From Octopus vulgaris (taxonomy: Eukaryota), in NCBI GenBank assembly GCA_951406725.2, contig OX597828.1, positions 38,936,001 to 39,000,000 on the forward strand: a stretch of DNA of 64,000 nucleotides. Direction: 5' to 3'. Every line of letters starts with the position of its first letter. Position 1 is the first letter of the stretch. Of this stretch, positions 13,251-25,424 are shown one piece after another. Both the position numbers and the translations under genes were made by a program. The notes under the pieces were generated by a model. The model searched no databases and was not told the origin of the DNA. It saw only the letters and a program-made list of their open reading frames with translations.

Positions 13251-13939
13251 ATCTTCCCAGGGACACTTTGAGGAATACATGTGCCAGATTCTGGAACTGT
13301 CTTGAGGCCATGGTGGGAGCTGAGAGCAGCTACTCTGAGTAATCTAGTTGATATTTTTCGATTTTTTAAAATACTTTTATGTTTGGGCGGGATATTGCGT
13401 TTGTTTTTCCTATTATACAAACTGTCAAATTCAGCCCCAACGCCCATTAAACCCCATTAATTAAAGTTATTATGCCCACTACATTTCTAAATATGTCTGC
13501 ATTTACCCAGCTGCTAGTTTATAGGCCATCTTAGTTAATTTCTAATGCCAGCTAAATTTATTATAAGTCAACATTATAAATATCAATTTGCGACAGATAA
13601 AGCAATGGGCCAGCTAATGGCATATGCTATCTAAAATTGGCTCTTTTAATGTTAATATCAATTAACTTAGATGAAATTTCTGCCTTCTGTTTCCAATTTT
13701 GGCGTGAAACTGGTTCACACCTAACTTGGTTGAAGTTTAATGCAGTTTTAACATTGATAGTGCCAAAAAATGTACAGGTCTATATGGAAATTTCACAAAA
13801 TGCTATTTTATGAGCCAAATTTCACTACCTGCACACTGCCACAGGCAATCACAGATGCATGTATAGCTCTTTGGTTAAGAAGTCTGCTTTGCAAACACAT
13901 GGTTTGGGGTTTGATTTTACTACGTGACACCTTAGTCTT

Positions 13940-13979
<40 letters not shown>

Positions 13980-13986
13980 TATTACT

Positions 13987-14493
13987 ATTACCTCCGCCTT
14001 AGTGAAGGTGGAGGTATTGTTTTTAGTCGTGTTTGTATGTTTGTTTGTCCATGGACAAGATATCTCAAGAACCACTGGAGAGATTCAGATGAAACTTTCA
14101 GGAATGTTTGGTCTTATGACTGGCACGATTAGACAAGGATTCTGGATTATTTTTCCTGTTTTTTTTTTACTTAATTTTTAAGAGCGATTGGGTCCATTTT
14201 TAGTATTCTCATTTGTTAGAGATATCTCAAGAACCACTGGAGAGATTCAGATGAAACTTTCAGGAATGTTTGGTCTTATGACTGGCACGATTAGACAAGG
14301 ATTCTGGATTATTTTTCCTGTTTTTTTTTTACTTAATTTTTAAGAGCGATTGGGTCCATTTTTAGTATTCTCATTTGTTAGAGCAATTGAGTTTCTTTCA
14401 GATATTCTCATTTTTAAAATTATCTCTAGCTAATTGTTGAGAGGACGTTTATGTTGCCTTGGCAGAGGTTTATGCTCTCTGAGTGCTCTTGTT
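13987..14493 (+). mobile_element. Helentron-associated non-autonomous element (HINE/DINE-like)
   Basis: 5' ttattaCCTCCGCCttagtgaaGGTGGAGG palindrome and subTIR, gttt micro-repeat, 3' ttGGCAGAGG followed by the hairpin gctctctgagtgc. No clear TSD. Confidence 0.65.
14058..14381. repeat. exact 162-bp tandem duplication inside the HINE-like element
   Basis: 14058-14219 equals 14220-14381, including the T10 run. Confidence 0.93.
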
Positions 14494-14530
14494 ATCATCA
14501 TCATCATCATCATCATTATTGTTGTTGTTG

Positions 14531-14579
<49 letters not shown>

Positions 14580-15318
14580 ACAAGAATAGTGTTGACTGTG
14601 ACTTCATCAGATGAAGGCTAAGCAGGTCAAAACTATTTTTGTAAAAGAATAATCAACATGTAGTTTACAAGAAGTATTGAGTAATCCTTCATTTTAAGGA
14701 CATAAACACAACACTGGAGTTTTGTCTTGTGTTTTTTTTTTCTTTTCCGGGTTATTTTGCATACTTTCAACGAATGACATCGAAATCACGTGTAAGTGGC
14801 TCCTTTCCCCAGAAAAGGAAAGATTTGGCCGCTATTTCTTGCATGCCCTATTTGTGATAAAGGACCCGAAATACCTGTTACGTGGTAGCATGGCGTGCTA
14901 GAAATAGCAGCCAAATATTTGGCGGTGAGATACGTAGAATGTACTTGTAAAAAACTATGGAAAAGATACTAGGTTGAGATTTGAGGGATATTTAGCTGCT
15001 ATTTCTAGTGAGTCATGTGACCACATAGAGACAAAGACTTTCACTAATTAGTTCATCCCTTGTGTTTTTATATTTTCTTAGTAACATACAGTGTGCGAAA
15101 CACTTCCCTACTGAATACAGGAAACTACTGCTGCTGTTGTTATTAACTGTTGCTACAGCTATTGTGGTTGTTATTGCTGTTGCTGCAGTTGTTGGCGATG
15201 ATATTGCTGCTGCTGGTACTGCTGTCGGTCTCTTTTGCCGAACCGCTAAGTTACGGGGACATAAACACACCACCATCGGTTGTCAAGCGATGTTGGAGGG
15301 ACAAACACTGACACACAA

Positions 15319-15383
<65 letters not shown>

Positions 15384-16471
15384 TACGACGGGCTTCTTTC
15401 AGTTTCCGTCTACCAAATCCACTCACAAGGCTTTGGTTGGCCCGAGGCTATAGCAGTAGACACTTGCCCAAGGTGCCACGCAGTGGGACTGAACCCGGAA
15501 CCATGTGGTTCGTAAGCGAGCTACTTACCACACAGCCACTCCTACACCTATATATACGACAAGAAATAATTTTTGCCTCTTTTTATGGAGACAAAAGAGT
15601 TTATAAGACTGCAAAAAAAGAAGTGCTCAAATGAAATTAAGACAGAGATAAAAAAAAAGAACATTGATTGGAGAACAAACATCAAATTCGAGTCAACTTT
15701 ATACAACACCACGCTTCCATACATTTGATCATATGTAAATATTACCATGGCCTTAAACATATAAAGAATACATATATAAACACAGAAAGTAAAAAAATAT
15801 TATGCAAATAAAAATACAAATAAATAGAACAGCCTATCAAGAAGGTATATAAAATCGACTAAATAACGTGTCATGTGACTAAAAATCTAAATAAAATATA
15901 TATATATTCTTTTATTTTTTTTTTTCGTTTTAGTAATTTGACTGTGGCCATGCTGGAGCAAAGCATATTGTCGAGCAAACCAACCCCAGGATTTATTCTT
16001 TGTAAGTCCAGTACCTGTGCCGCTCTCTGGCTTACTAGTTCCAGTCAAACTGTCTAAGTCATGCCAACATGGAAAGCAGATGCTAAATGATGATGATGAT
16101 GATGATGATGAAGATGATGATGATGAGGAGGAGGAGGAGAAGGATATATGACTGCCCTTTTTAGCATGTAATGTGTTCTGTCAAAGGTCACTTCTTTCAT
16201 GTATAAATATTTAATTGTTTGCACACTATTATAAATGAATACACATACACACACACATATATACACATACACATATACACATATATACACATACACACAT
16301 ACACATATATACACATACACACATACACATATATGTATATATGTATGTATACACACACACATATATACCAGTTATATATTACCAGTTCCAGTCAAACTGT
16401 GTAACCCATGCCATCATGGAGAGCAGATGCTAAATGACAACAATGATGATGATGATGATGATGATATATGA

Positions 16472-16512
<41 letters not shown>

Positions 16513-16682
16513 TACATACACACATATATATATATATGCATATACCTATGTATGTATGTAAATGTATATGTGCATGTATATATATAGATATATATATAAA
16601 ATTAATTAAGGGTAGAAATTGATATTAGTCAATTAAAACCAGTGGTCTAGCATATTAAAAAGAATCCGAAGATTAAAATATT

Positions 16683-16878
16683 TATATATACCAATTAAGG
16701 ACTGCTAGATATAGACGTCAAATCGCCATTCTCCACAAAGATTATGTTCTCAAATAAAAACTCAGCATTATGCATTTTTATTTGAGAACATAATCTTTGT
16801 GGAGAATGGCGATTTGACGTCTATATCTAGCATGTTGACTGTCCACTTTTCGTGTTCAGTCCTTAATTGGTATATATA
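16683..16878. repeat. fold-back element: perfect 58-bp inverted arms plus outer arms
   Basis: 16703-16760 is the exact reverse complement of 16775-16832. Outer arms tatatataccaattaaggactg / cagtccttaattggtatatata. Confidence 0.93.
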
Positions 16879-16932
16879 TATATATATGTATATGTGTGTA
16901 TGTTTGTGTATGTATGAATCTATATGTATATG

Positions 16933-17041
<109 letters not shown>

Positions 17042-17593
17042 ACAGCTGTTACAGCATTAGCAGAAAAGACAGTTGCAAAAATTAACACCACCGCCATCAA
17101 CGACGACGACAACTGCAACAACAACAACAACAACAACAAAAGCAACAGCGGCAATGATTGCCAGCAAAATCAAATATAATAAACAACAATATCAATTATC
17201 TCACTTGCAATTGATTGATAAGATACCAGTCTTTGACCACTATGACCACCTAGAAGGAAGACACCTACACATACACACATTCATGAATGACTGTCAGTAT
17301 CAGATGTGAGTTTAAAAAGAAACTGGTCAAACTGGCTTTTGTTGACCAATGCACATACACACATGCATACATGTATATATGTGTGTGTGTGTGTGTTCGT
17401 GCATGTGTGTGTATGTATGTATGTATGTGTGTATGTATGTATATATGTATGTATATATATATATTTCTGTATGTACATATAAAGTGTGTGTGTATGTGTG
17501 TATGTATGTATATTATATCTGTATGTATATATTACATATATGTGTGTCTTTGTGTGTGTATGTAATGCATATGTATATGTGTGTGTGTGTGGA

Positions 17594-17623
17594 GATAGAT
17601 AGATAGACAGACAGACAGATAGA

Positions 17624-17671
<48 letters not shown>

Positions 17672-17675
17672 TAGA

Positions 17676-17719
<44 letters not shown>

Positions 17720-17754
17720 TAGATAGACAGACAGACAGACAGACACACACACAC

Positions 17755-17795
<41 letters not shown>

Positions 17796-17864
17796 TAGAT
17801 AGATAGATAGATAGATAGATATATAGAGAGATAGACAGACAGACTAACAGACAGACTGACAGAC

Positions 17865-17866
<2 letters not shown>
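17594..17866. repeat. compound (GATA)n/(GACA)n tetranucleotide array
   Basis: Directly visible. Confidence 0.95.
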
Positions 17867-17901
<35 letters not shown>

Positions 17902-17956
17902 TATACATATATATATATGTATATGTACACGTGTGCATGTGTGGGAGTATGTGTAC

Positions 17957-17990
<34 letters not shown>

Positions 17991-19027
17991 ATCCTTGACT
18001 GACAACATTAACTTTCTAGTTGGACTTCAAAGGTGGGAAAAGAACTAATAAAAGAAACAAAACAAACGAAAATCAATAACAAAAGACTGTGTTGTGTGTG
18101 GGTGTATCTTTGAATCTTTGTATTAGTTTAAGCAGCTTGAATCTAGACATAAGCACATTGATTCATACATAAACACACACACATACACACTAATCGAAGT
18201 GTACTCGTGGTTGTGTGGTAAGCAAGTTTACTTAGCAAGCACAAGGTTTTTGGGCTCAGTGCCACTGTAGGGATCCTTGGATAGATGCCTTCGCCTCTAG
18301 CGTCAAGTTGACCGATTACTTGAGAGTGAAATTTAGTAGATGGAGACTGTGTGGATGTCCATTGCTAATAAATACATACACTTTTTTCTTCTCCTTTCGT
18401 TTAACATCTGCTCTCCATGCTGGCATGGATTGGACAGTTTGGCAGAAGCTGGCCAGGCAGGAGCTGAACACGCAGGAGCTGAACACGCAGGAGCTGAACA
18501 TGCAGAAGCTGGCCAGGCAGGAGCCGGTCAGGCAGGAGCCTGAACCAGACATCTGTGTCTGTTTTGGCAGGGCTTTTACAGTTGGATGCTCTTCCTAACA
18601 TCAACCATCCAGCAGAGTGGACTAAGTGCATTTTACGTGGCACAAACATAGGCAAGGTCAGTTTTGGTATGGTTTTTACAGCTGGATGCCCTTCCATGAA
18701 AACAGCAAATAGATTGGGTACTTTATCCTTATAATGGAAAAAAGTTTTCAGCAATATATATATATGACTGTTGTAAGTGCCCCCTGATCCTGTGGCCAGT
18801 GCACCCTGACTCTGTGGCCAGTGCCCCTTGACTGGCTCCTGTACTGGTGGCACATAAAAAGCAACCACTACACTTTCGGAGTGGTTGGCACTAGGAAGGG
18901 CATCCAGCTGTAGAAACATTGCCAGATCAAATTGGAGCCTAGAGCAGCCTCCTGGCTTTCCAGACATCAGTCAAACTGTCTAACCCATGCCAGCATGGAA
19001 AACAGATGTTAAACGATGATGATGATG

Positions 19028-19060
<33 letters not shown>

Positions 19061-19135
19061 GGTACACACACACACACACACATACACACATGACTGTAGT
19101 TTAATGACTGAAACAAGTAAAAGATATAAGATAAA

Positions 19136-19184
<49 letters not shown>

Positions 19185-19563
19185 CAGAGCACATTCAAAG
19201 CCAGTGAACAGTAATGACAACACCGGTTTGACTTTGAATCTCTTTAACAATTCAAAATAGTGAATTTAATTCCTCTTAATTCTACCTCAGTTCATTTAAT
19301 TGTATTTATTTATCGCTACTTTTATATAAAAAAAAAATTTTTTTTTTGATATTCAATGTGCATTTTCACTTTTTTTCTTACTTTCCCCATATCTTTTCCA
19401 CGTGTAGTTTCTATTTTCTTTTTGAAACATATTTGTGTTATATATATATATATATATATATAATTGATATAGGATAAATTTTCTTTTTTTTTTTTTTTCG
19501 GGAAAAAATTTTATCAATGGCCAGCATATCAAAAAATGCCTTTAAAGGTAAAATTTATACATT

Positions 19564-19670
19564 ATTTACAAGATAAGGGCAGAAGAAAAATTCTAATGCC
19601 AGATACGCCGAAATTTTTTGTTTCGGCATATCTGGCATTAGAATTTTTCTTCTGTCCTTATCTTGTAAAT
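19564..19670. repeat. about 50-bp-arm hairpin just left of the mariner
   Basis: atttacaagataagggcagaagaaaaattctaatgccagatacgccgaaa ... tttcggcatatctggcattagaatttttcttctgtccttatcttgtaaat, 2 mismatches. Confidence 0.92.
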
Positions 19671-19682
19671 TATATATATATA

Positions 19683-20963
19683 TTGGGTTGTCCGGAAAGT
19701 TCGGGCCGATTTATAGTAGCTTACCTTTTGACTTATTTTAGAACATGGTTGAGTCCATAAAATAGGATTTGACTTCACCTCCATTTTGAGCACAGTTTAA
19801 GCTATCTTTTCGTGGAAGAAGGTTTATGTTCCTATAACCTGTGTTAATTCTGTAACCCTTTAAAATGGAAGATAAAAAAGTTCATTTTCAGCACTTGATG
19901 CTTTTCTTTTTCCGTAAAGGGAAAATGTCTCACAAGCAACCAAAGAAATATACACAGTTTATGGTGATGTTTCTTTATCTGAAAGAACTGTACAGAAGTG
20001 GTTCGCAAGGTTCCATGCTGGAGATTGTAGCTTTATTGATAAAGATCAATCAGGTAGACCATCCACTACAGATGATGACCAAATCAAGTCATTAATTGAG
20101 AATAACCCATATTGCACAACCCAAGAATTGGCAGAAATCCTCAACCTATTAAAATCCATTGTTCATGAGCAACTGGTAAAGCTTGGGTACACAAATCGCT
20201 ACGATGTTTGGGTACCACATGAGTTGGGTGAGAAGAACCTTTTGATCGCATTTCCATCTGTGATTCACTTTATAAACAGAATGAAAATGCGCCATTTTTA
20301 AAGCAAATTGTGACAGGTGATGAGATATGGATTATCTACCGAAACGTTCAGAGAAAGCGATCCTGGAGTAAGTGACATGAGCCACCCTTAGCCACCCCAA
20401 AAGTGGGTCTTCACCCTAAAAAAGTCTTGCTTTGTGTCTGGTGCGATTGGAAAGGAATTCTGTACTATGAGCTTCTCTCAAGTAACCAGACAATTAATTC
20501 TGAGAAATACTGCACACAACTGGACGAGTTAAAAGCAGCAATTCAAGAGAAATGTCCAGAATTAACCAACAGGGGGGGTGTTGTTTTCCATCATGATAAT
20601 GCAAGACTGCACATTTCTTTGGGAACCAGAAAAAATTGCTGCAGCTCAGCTAGGATGTGTTACCCCACCCTCCATATTAACCAGATATTGCTCCTTCGGA
20701 TTTCCACTTATTCAGGTCTCTGCAGAATAGTCTTAATGGTAAAAATTTCAATTCCTTTGATGACGTAAAAAGATAGCTTGATGAATTCTTTGCCATGAAA
20801 CCACCTCAGTTCTGGGAAGAGGGTATTTTCAAGTTAAGGGAAAGATGGAGACGCATTGTGCAACAAAATGGTTCATATTTGGTTGATTAAAAATGTAATG
20901 GCAAGTATTTATTGACCTTTTTCTTTCCTTTAAAAATCAGCATGAACTTTCCGGACAGCCCAA
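19683..20963 (+). mobile_element. full-length decayed mariner (DD34D) transposon
   Basis: TIRs ttgggttgtccggaaagttc / gaactttccggacagcccaa inside (TA)n; length about 1.28 kb. The transposase remnant 19865-20890 shows WVPHEL, IVTGDE.WI.Y, FHHDNA and HPPY*PDIAPSDFHLF, broken by frameshifts and stops. Confidence 0.95.
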
Positions 20964-20986
20964 TATATATATATATATATATATAT

Positions 20987-21200
20987 ATCTATACAATAAT
21001 ATGTTACTTTACTCGATAGTCAAGATAAAAACTCTGAGTTTCAGATGCCGAAGTGGAAATCCACAACACCATCTCTTCGGTTATCTGGCTATTTATAGCC
21101 AGATAACCGAAGAGATGGTGTTGTGGATTTCCACTTCGGCATCTGAAACTCAGAGTTTTTATCTTGACTATCGAGTAATGTAACATATTATTGTATAGAT
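20987..21200. repeat. near-perfect 214-bp palindrome (106-bp arms, 2-nt loop), Penelope pLTR-like
   Basis: Arms 20987-21092 and 21095-21200 with a single mismatch (21008/21179). Contains a hammerhead-like motif. Confidence 0.95.
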
Positions 21201-21263
21201 AAATTTCCTCTATTTACATAATATTGAGGTCTCTTTCTTTCTTTTGTTATCTTACCGTTTTAT

Positions 21264-21318
<55 letters not shown>

Positions 21319-21914
21319 CATACATACATATACGTGTGTATGTGAGCGCATGCATACGTATGTGCTTGTCTCTCCATGCCTGTGCATTGATGCTTCTCAT
21401 TGCACAGTGCTGACATTGTCTATGTTTCATCTAAACAAAAAGCTTAACAGTTTAGTGCTTTCGTGTGTTAAGACATAAGAGAAAATACTTTATGTGAAAA
21501 CAGGCAAAGATTGGCTTCAGAAATGCCATCCGGCCTTAGAATACAGCCTCATGGAAATATCAGACGTAAAAACAATGATAGTGATCATAGCAATGACAGC
21601 AATAATGAGGATGGTGATGGTGATGGTGATGATAATGATAATGGCAATGACGATGATGATGACAACAATGACAATGTGATGATGTTGACGATAATGATGT
21701 AGACAATGATGCTGACAATGACAACTACGACAATGATGGTAATGATGATGATGATGATGATGGCAGTGATCAAGTATTCATGTGTATGTGTGTGCATGTG
21801 TGTGTGTGTGTGTATGATTATGAAAATTACAAACTTTAGAACATTGACATGGAAAGGACTCCCTTAGATTCATAACCACTACATTGCCTCACCTAACATT
21901 TCATGAGTCATGAT

Positions 21915-22198
21915 TTAACCCTTTGGCATTCAAATCACCTAATCAAATGTAATGCTTATTTATTCCCATTGATTGGAATTAATCAAACATTGTCTCATCA
22001 CATCATAATTTTGATCATGGCACAGGAGTGGCTGTATGGTAAGTAGCTTGCTTACCAACCACATGCTTCCGGGTTCAGTCCCACTGTGTGGCACCTTGTC
22101 TTCTACTATAGCCTCGGGCTGACGAAAGCCTTGTGAGTGGATTTGGTAGATGGAAACTGAAAGAAACCCGTTGTATATATGTATATATATATATATAC

Positions 22199-22244
<46 letters not shown>

Positions 22245-22596
22245 ATGTGTGTGTTGTGTATCTGTGTTTGTCCCCCCAACATCGCTTGACAACCAATACT
22301 GGTGTGTTTAGGTCCCTGTAGCTTAGTGGTTCAGCAAAAGAGACTGATAGAATAAGTACTAGGCTTACAAAGAATAAGTCCTGGGGTCGATTTGTTTCGA
22401 GTAAAGGTGGTGCTCCAACATGGCCCTGTCAAATGATTGAAATAAGTAAAAGAGTAAAAAGAGAGAGTATGTGATTGCTTGTGTTTAGAATGATGTTGTC
22501 GGGTATGTTTGAGAGGCTGGATCTCACCAGCTTGAATATAAAGCAGGTAGAATATTTGGGCTGGATGTAACCAATTTAAATGCTAAAAGGTTTTAA
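21915..22596. mobile_element. piggyBac-like MITE interrupted by a SINE
   Basis: ttaa-ccctttggcatt ... aatgctaaaagg-ttttaa. Its interior matches 60017-60246. Confidence 0.55.
22018..22468 (+). mobile_element. SINE family A, full copy
   Basis: Same consensus as 57663-58044. Confidence 0.88.
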
Positions 22597-22770
22597 GTCC
22601 AAAGGACAAAAGTTTCCTGCTATATAACTAATGAACAATGAACTAATGAACATATTTTAAAGCAATTTAAATTAAAAACCTTCCATCAAAATTTCATGTT
22701 AATTCATGTTCCAAATACACACTTAATAACAACAAAAATATTTTACTAAAATTCTTCATTACTTCTACAT

Positions 22771-22942
22771 AGGCATAGGAGTAGCTGTGTAGTAAGTAGC
22801 TTGCTTACCAACCACATGGTTCCGGGTTCAGTCCCACTGCATGGTACCTTGGGCAAGTGTCTTCTACTATAGCCTCGGGCCGACCAAAGCCTTGTGAGTG
22901 GATTTCATAGAGGGAAACTGAAAGAAGCCCATCGTATTTATG

Positions 22943-23027
<85 letters not shown>

Positions 23028-23250
23028 TTGTGTGTCTGTGTTTGTCCCCCCTCCCCAACATTGCTTGACAACCAATGCTGGTGTGTTTACGTCCCCGTAA
23101 CTTAGCGGTTTGGCAAAAGAGACTGATAGAATAAGTACTAGGCTTACAAAGAATAAGTCCTGGGGTCGATTTGGTCGACTAAAGGCGGTGCTCCAGCATG
23201 GCCACAGTCAAATGACTGAAACAATTAAAAAAGTAAAAGAGTAAAAGAGT
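22771..23250 (+). mobile_element. SINE family A, full copy
   Basis: Same consensus as 57663-58044, with an expanded internal (TA)n(TG)n. Confidence 0.9.
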
Positions 23251-24421
23251 ACTTTCAAAATTAATTCAAACGAAGAGTATTTTAACAGAAATATGGTAAC
23301 AAAATGATTACTCAAACTGTAATGGAAAATGTCAATTAAATGACATTTCACTGGAAACCATTACATGTACATAACCAACAACTGCCTCAAAATGTCATCA
23401 AGGTATTGCCATCCTTCACTGAAATGATATAGGATACTTGAAGATGCATGGCTTTGTGGCTAATGTATTGAGATTGTGATCGTAAGGTTATGAGTTCAAC
23501 TTTTGGTGGTGCATTGTGTCCTTGAGCAAGACACTTTATTTCATGTTACTCCAGTCCACTCAGTAAGCAAAAATGAGTTGTACTTATAGTTCAAGGGGCC
23601 GGACTTATCACATTCGTTGTGTCATGCTGAATCTTCTCCCTGCGAACTCCATTAAGGGTACACATATCTGTGGAGTGCTCAGCCACTTGCATGTTAATTT
23701 CACAAGCAGGCCTAGCCAGAATGCCTGCCAGCCATACAATACTAAACATTAGAAGGATTACTCCAGGACAAATACCAGAAATACAGCTGGCATTGAGTAT
23801 GTTCAGTTTTAATATAAGCATATTTCAGTACAAAGAACATGGGTGAAAAATTTCATTAAAATCATTATTTTCACTGTGTACAGTGAGATCTGAAGCAGCG
23901 ATTTGCATATTATTCATCCTTAATATGTTCAGGCAGATTCAAACGCAAATATGTTTGTTACTGTTGTGTATGTCACAGGAGGACAACTTCTCCTTTTTAC
24001 AAAGACAATGTATTTTGTAACACACTCGACTCATTAATACGAAGGAAACAGCCAGTGTTGAATCACCAGCATCCCCAAATCCTTTGCACAACGGTCACTA
24101 GCATATTTGTGTTCAAATCCGGTAGCACATATTAAGAATAAATACCTAATTCATCAGTCTATTAAAAACCGTCAGCAAATACAGCCACAACAACACAATG
24201 GAGTTGTCTGGTATGGAGAAAAAAAAAGAAAATGGAAAAATAAACGATGCACTTGATAGAGGTTAGCTTTCCAGAGAATATCAGCATTTCATTGAAAATC
24301 TGTGAGATCACTTATGGACAACTGTTTGGAAACCAACAACTTATTTACCCTAATTATAAACTCACGTTTGTGCCAGCATTCATGTGTGCACTTGGTTACA
24401 CATAAATATATATATTTATAT

Positions 24422-24462
<41 letters not shown>

Positions 24463-24622
24463 CACAGGAACACACACACATATATGTATACATATATATA
24501 TATACATATACACACACATATGTATATATATATATACACACATATATATATACACACACATATGTATATATATATATATATTTATATATACATTATATAT
24601 ATATATACACACATATATATAT

Positions 24623-24685
<63 letters not shown>

Positions 24686-25237
24686 CATTAATATAAATAT
24701 ATACATATGAAATCTTATTTTTGAGTCTCAGTCTTGGATGCATCCCAAGAACTATATATATATATATATATAGTTCTTGGGTTACACACACACACACACA
24801 CGCACACACACATAATGAATGCATATTATATCTCCATTATCCTCTCTCTCTCTGTCTCTTATTCTCCACATATTAGTGGTTGCTCTAAGGAAGGGCATCC
24901 AACCGTAAAACTTCATTGTTCTGATACTCATAATGTTATCACACTACGGTACAGTTGCTATAGCAACTGTGCTATAGCCATTTCCATCAAACACATTGAA
25001 GCATGAAAGAGAAAACAAATGACAGTTATTTAATGATGCCGTTGATGAAGCCACCAATGTTGATGGTATTAGTAGTAAGTCTTATTATTGATGGAGTGGA
25101 TGAGATGATGATGATGATGGTGGTGGCGATGATGATGGTGTTGATGTGTAAAAAAACCGTGATGGCTCTGCCGGTGGTTGCAGTGGCGGTGATGGCAGTG
25201 GCAACGATGGTAGCGGCATTGGTAGTGGTTGTGACGA

Positions 25238-25424
25238 TGGTGGTGGTGGTGGTGGTGGTGGTGGTGGTGGTGGTGGTGGTGGTGGTGGTGGTGGTGATAA
25301 TGATGATGATGAGGAGGAGGAGGAGGAGGAGGAGGAGGAGGAAGGGGAGGAGGAAGGGGAGGAGGAAGGGGAGGAGGAAGGGGAGGAGGAAGGGGAGGAG
25401 GAAGGGGAGGAGGAAGGGGAGGGG
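25238..25424. repeat. (GGT)n-(GAT)n-(GAG)n-(GAGGAGGAAGGG)n compound repeat
   Basis: Directly visible; about 7 copies of a 12-bp unit. Confidence 0.93.

Noticed and set aside
14585-14645. cttcatcagatgaagg palindrome as a hammerhead remnant
   Set aside because: GAAA and the stems are too degraded on both strands to support a call.
19865-20890. Domesticated or active transposase (SETMAR-like)
   Set aside because: Multiple frameshifts and stops, intact TIRs and no SET domain: a dead transposon copy.
21001-21186. Two nearly identical 60-aa ORFs on opposite strands
   Set aside because: A trivial consequence of the palindrome.
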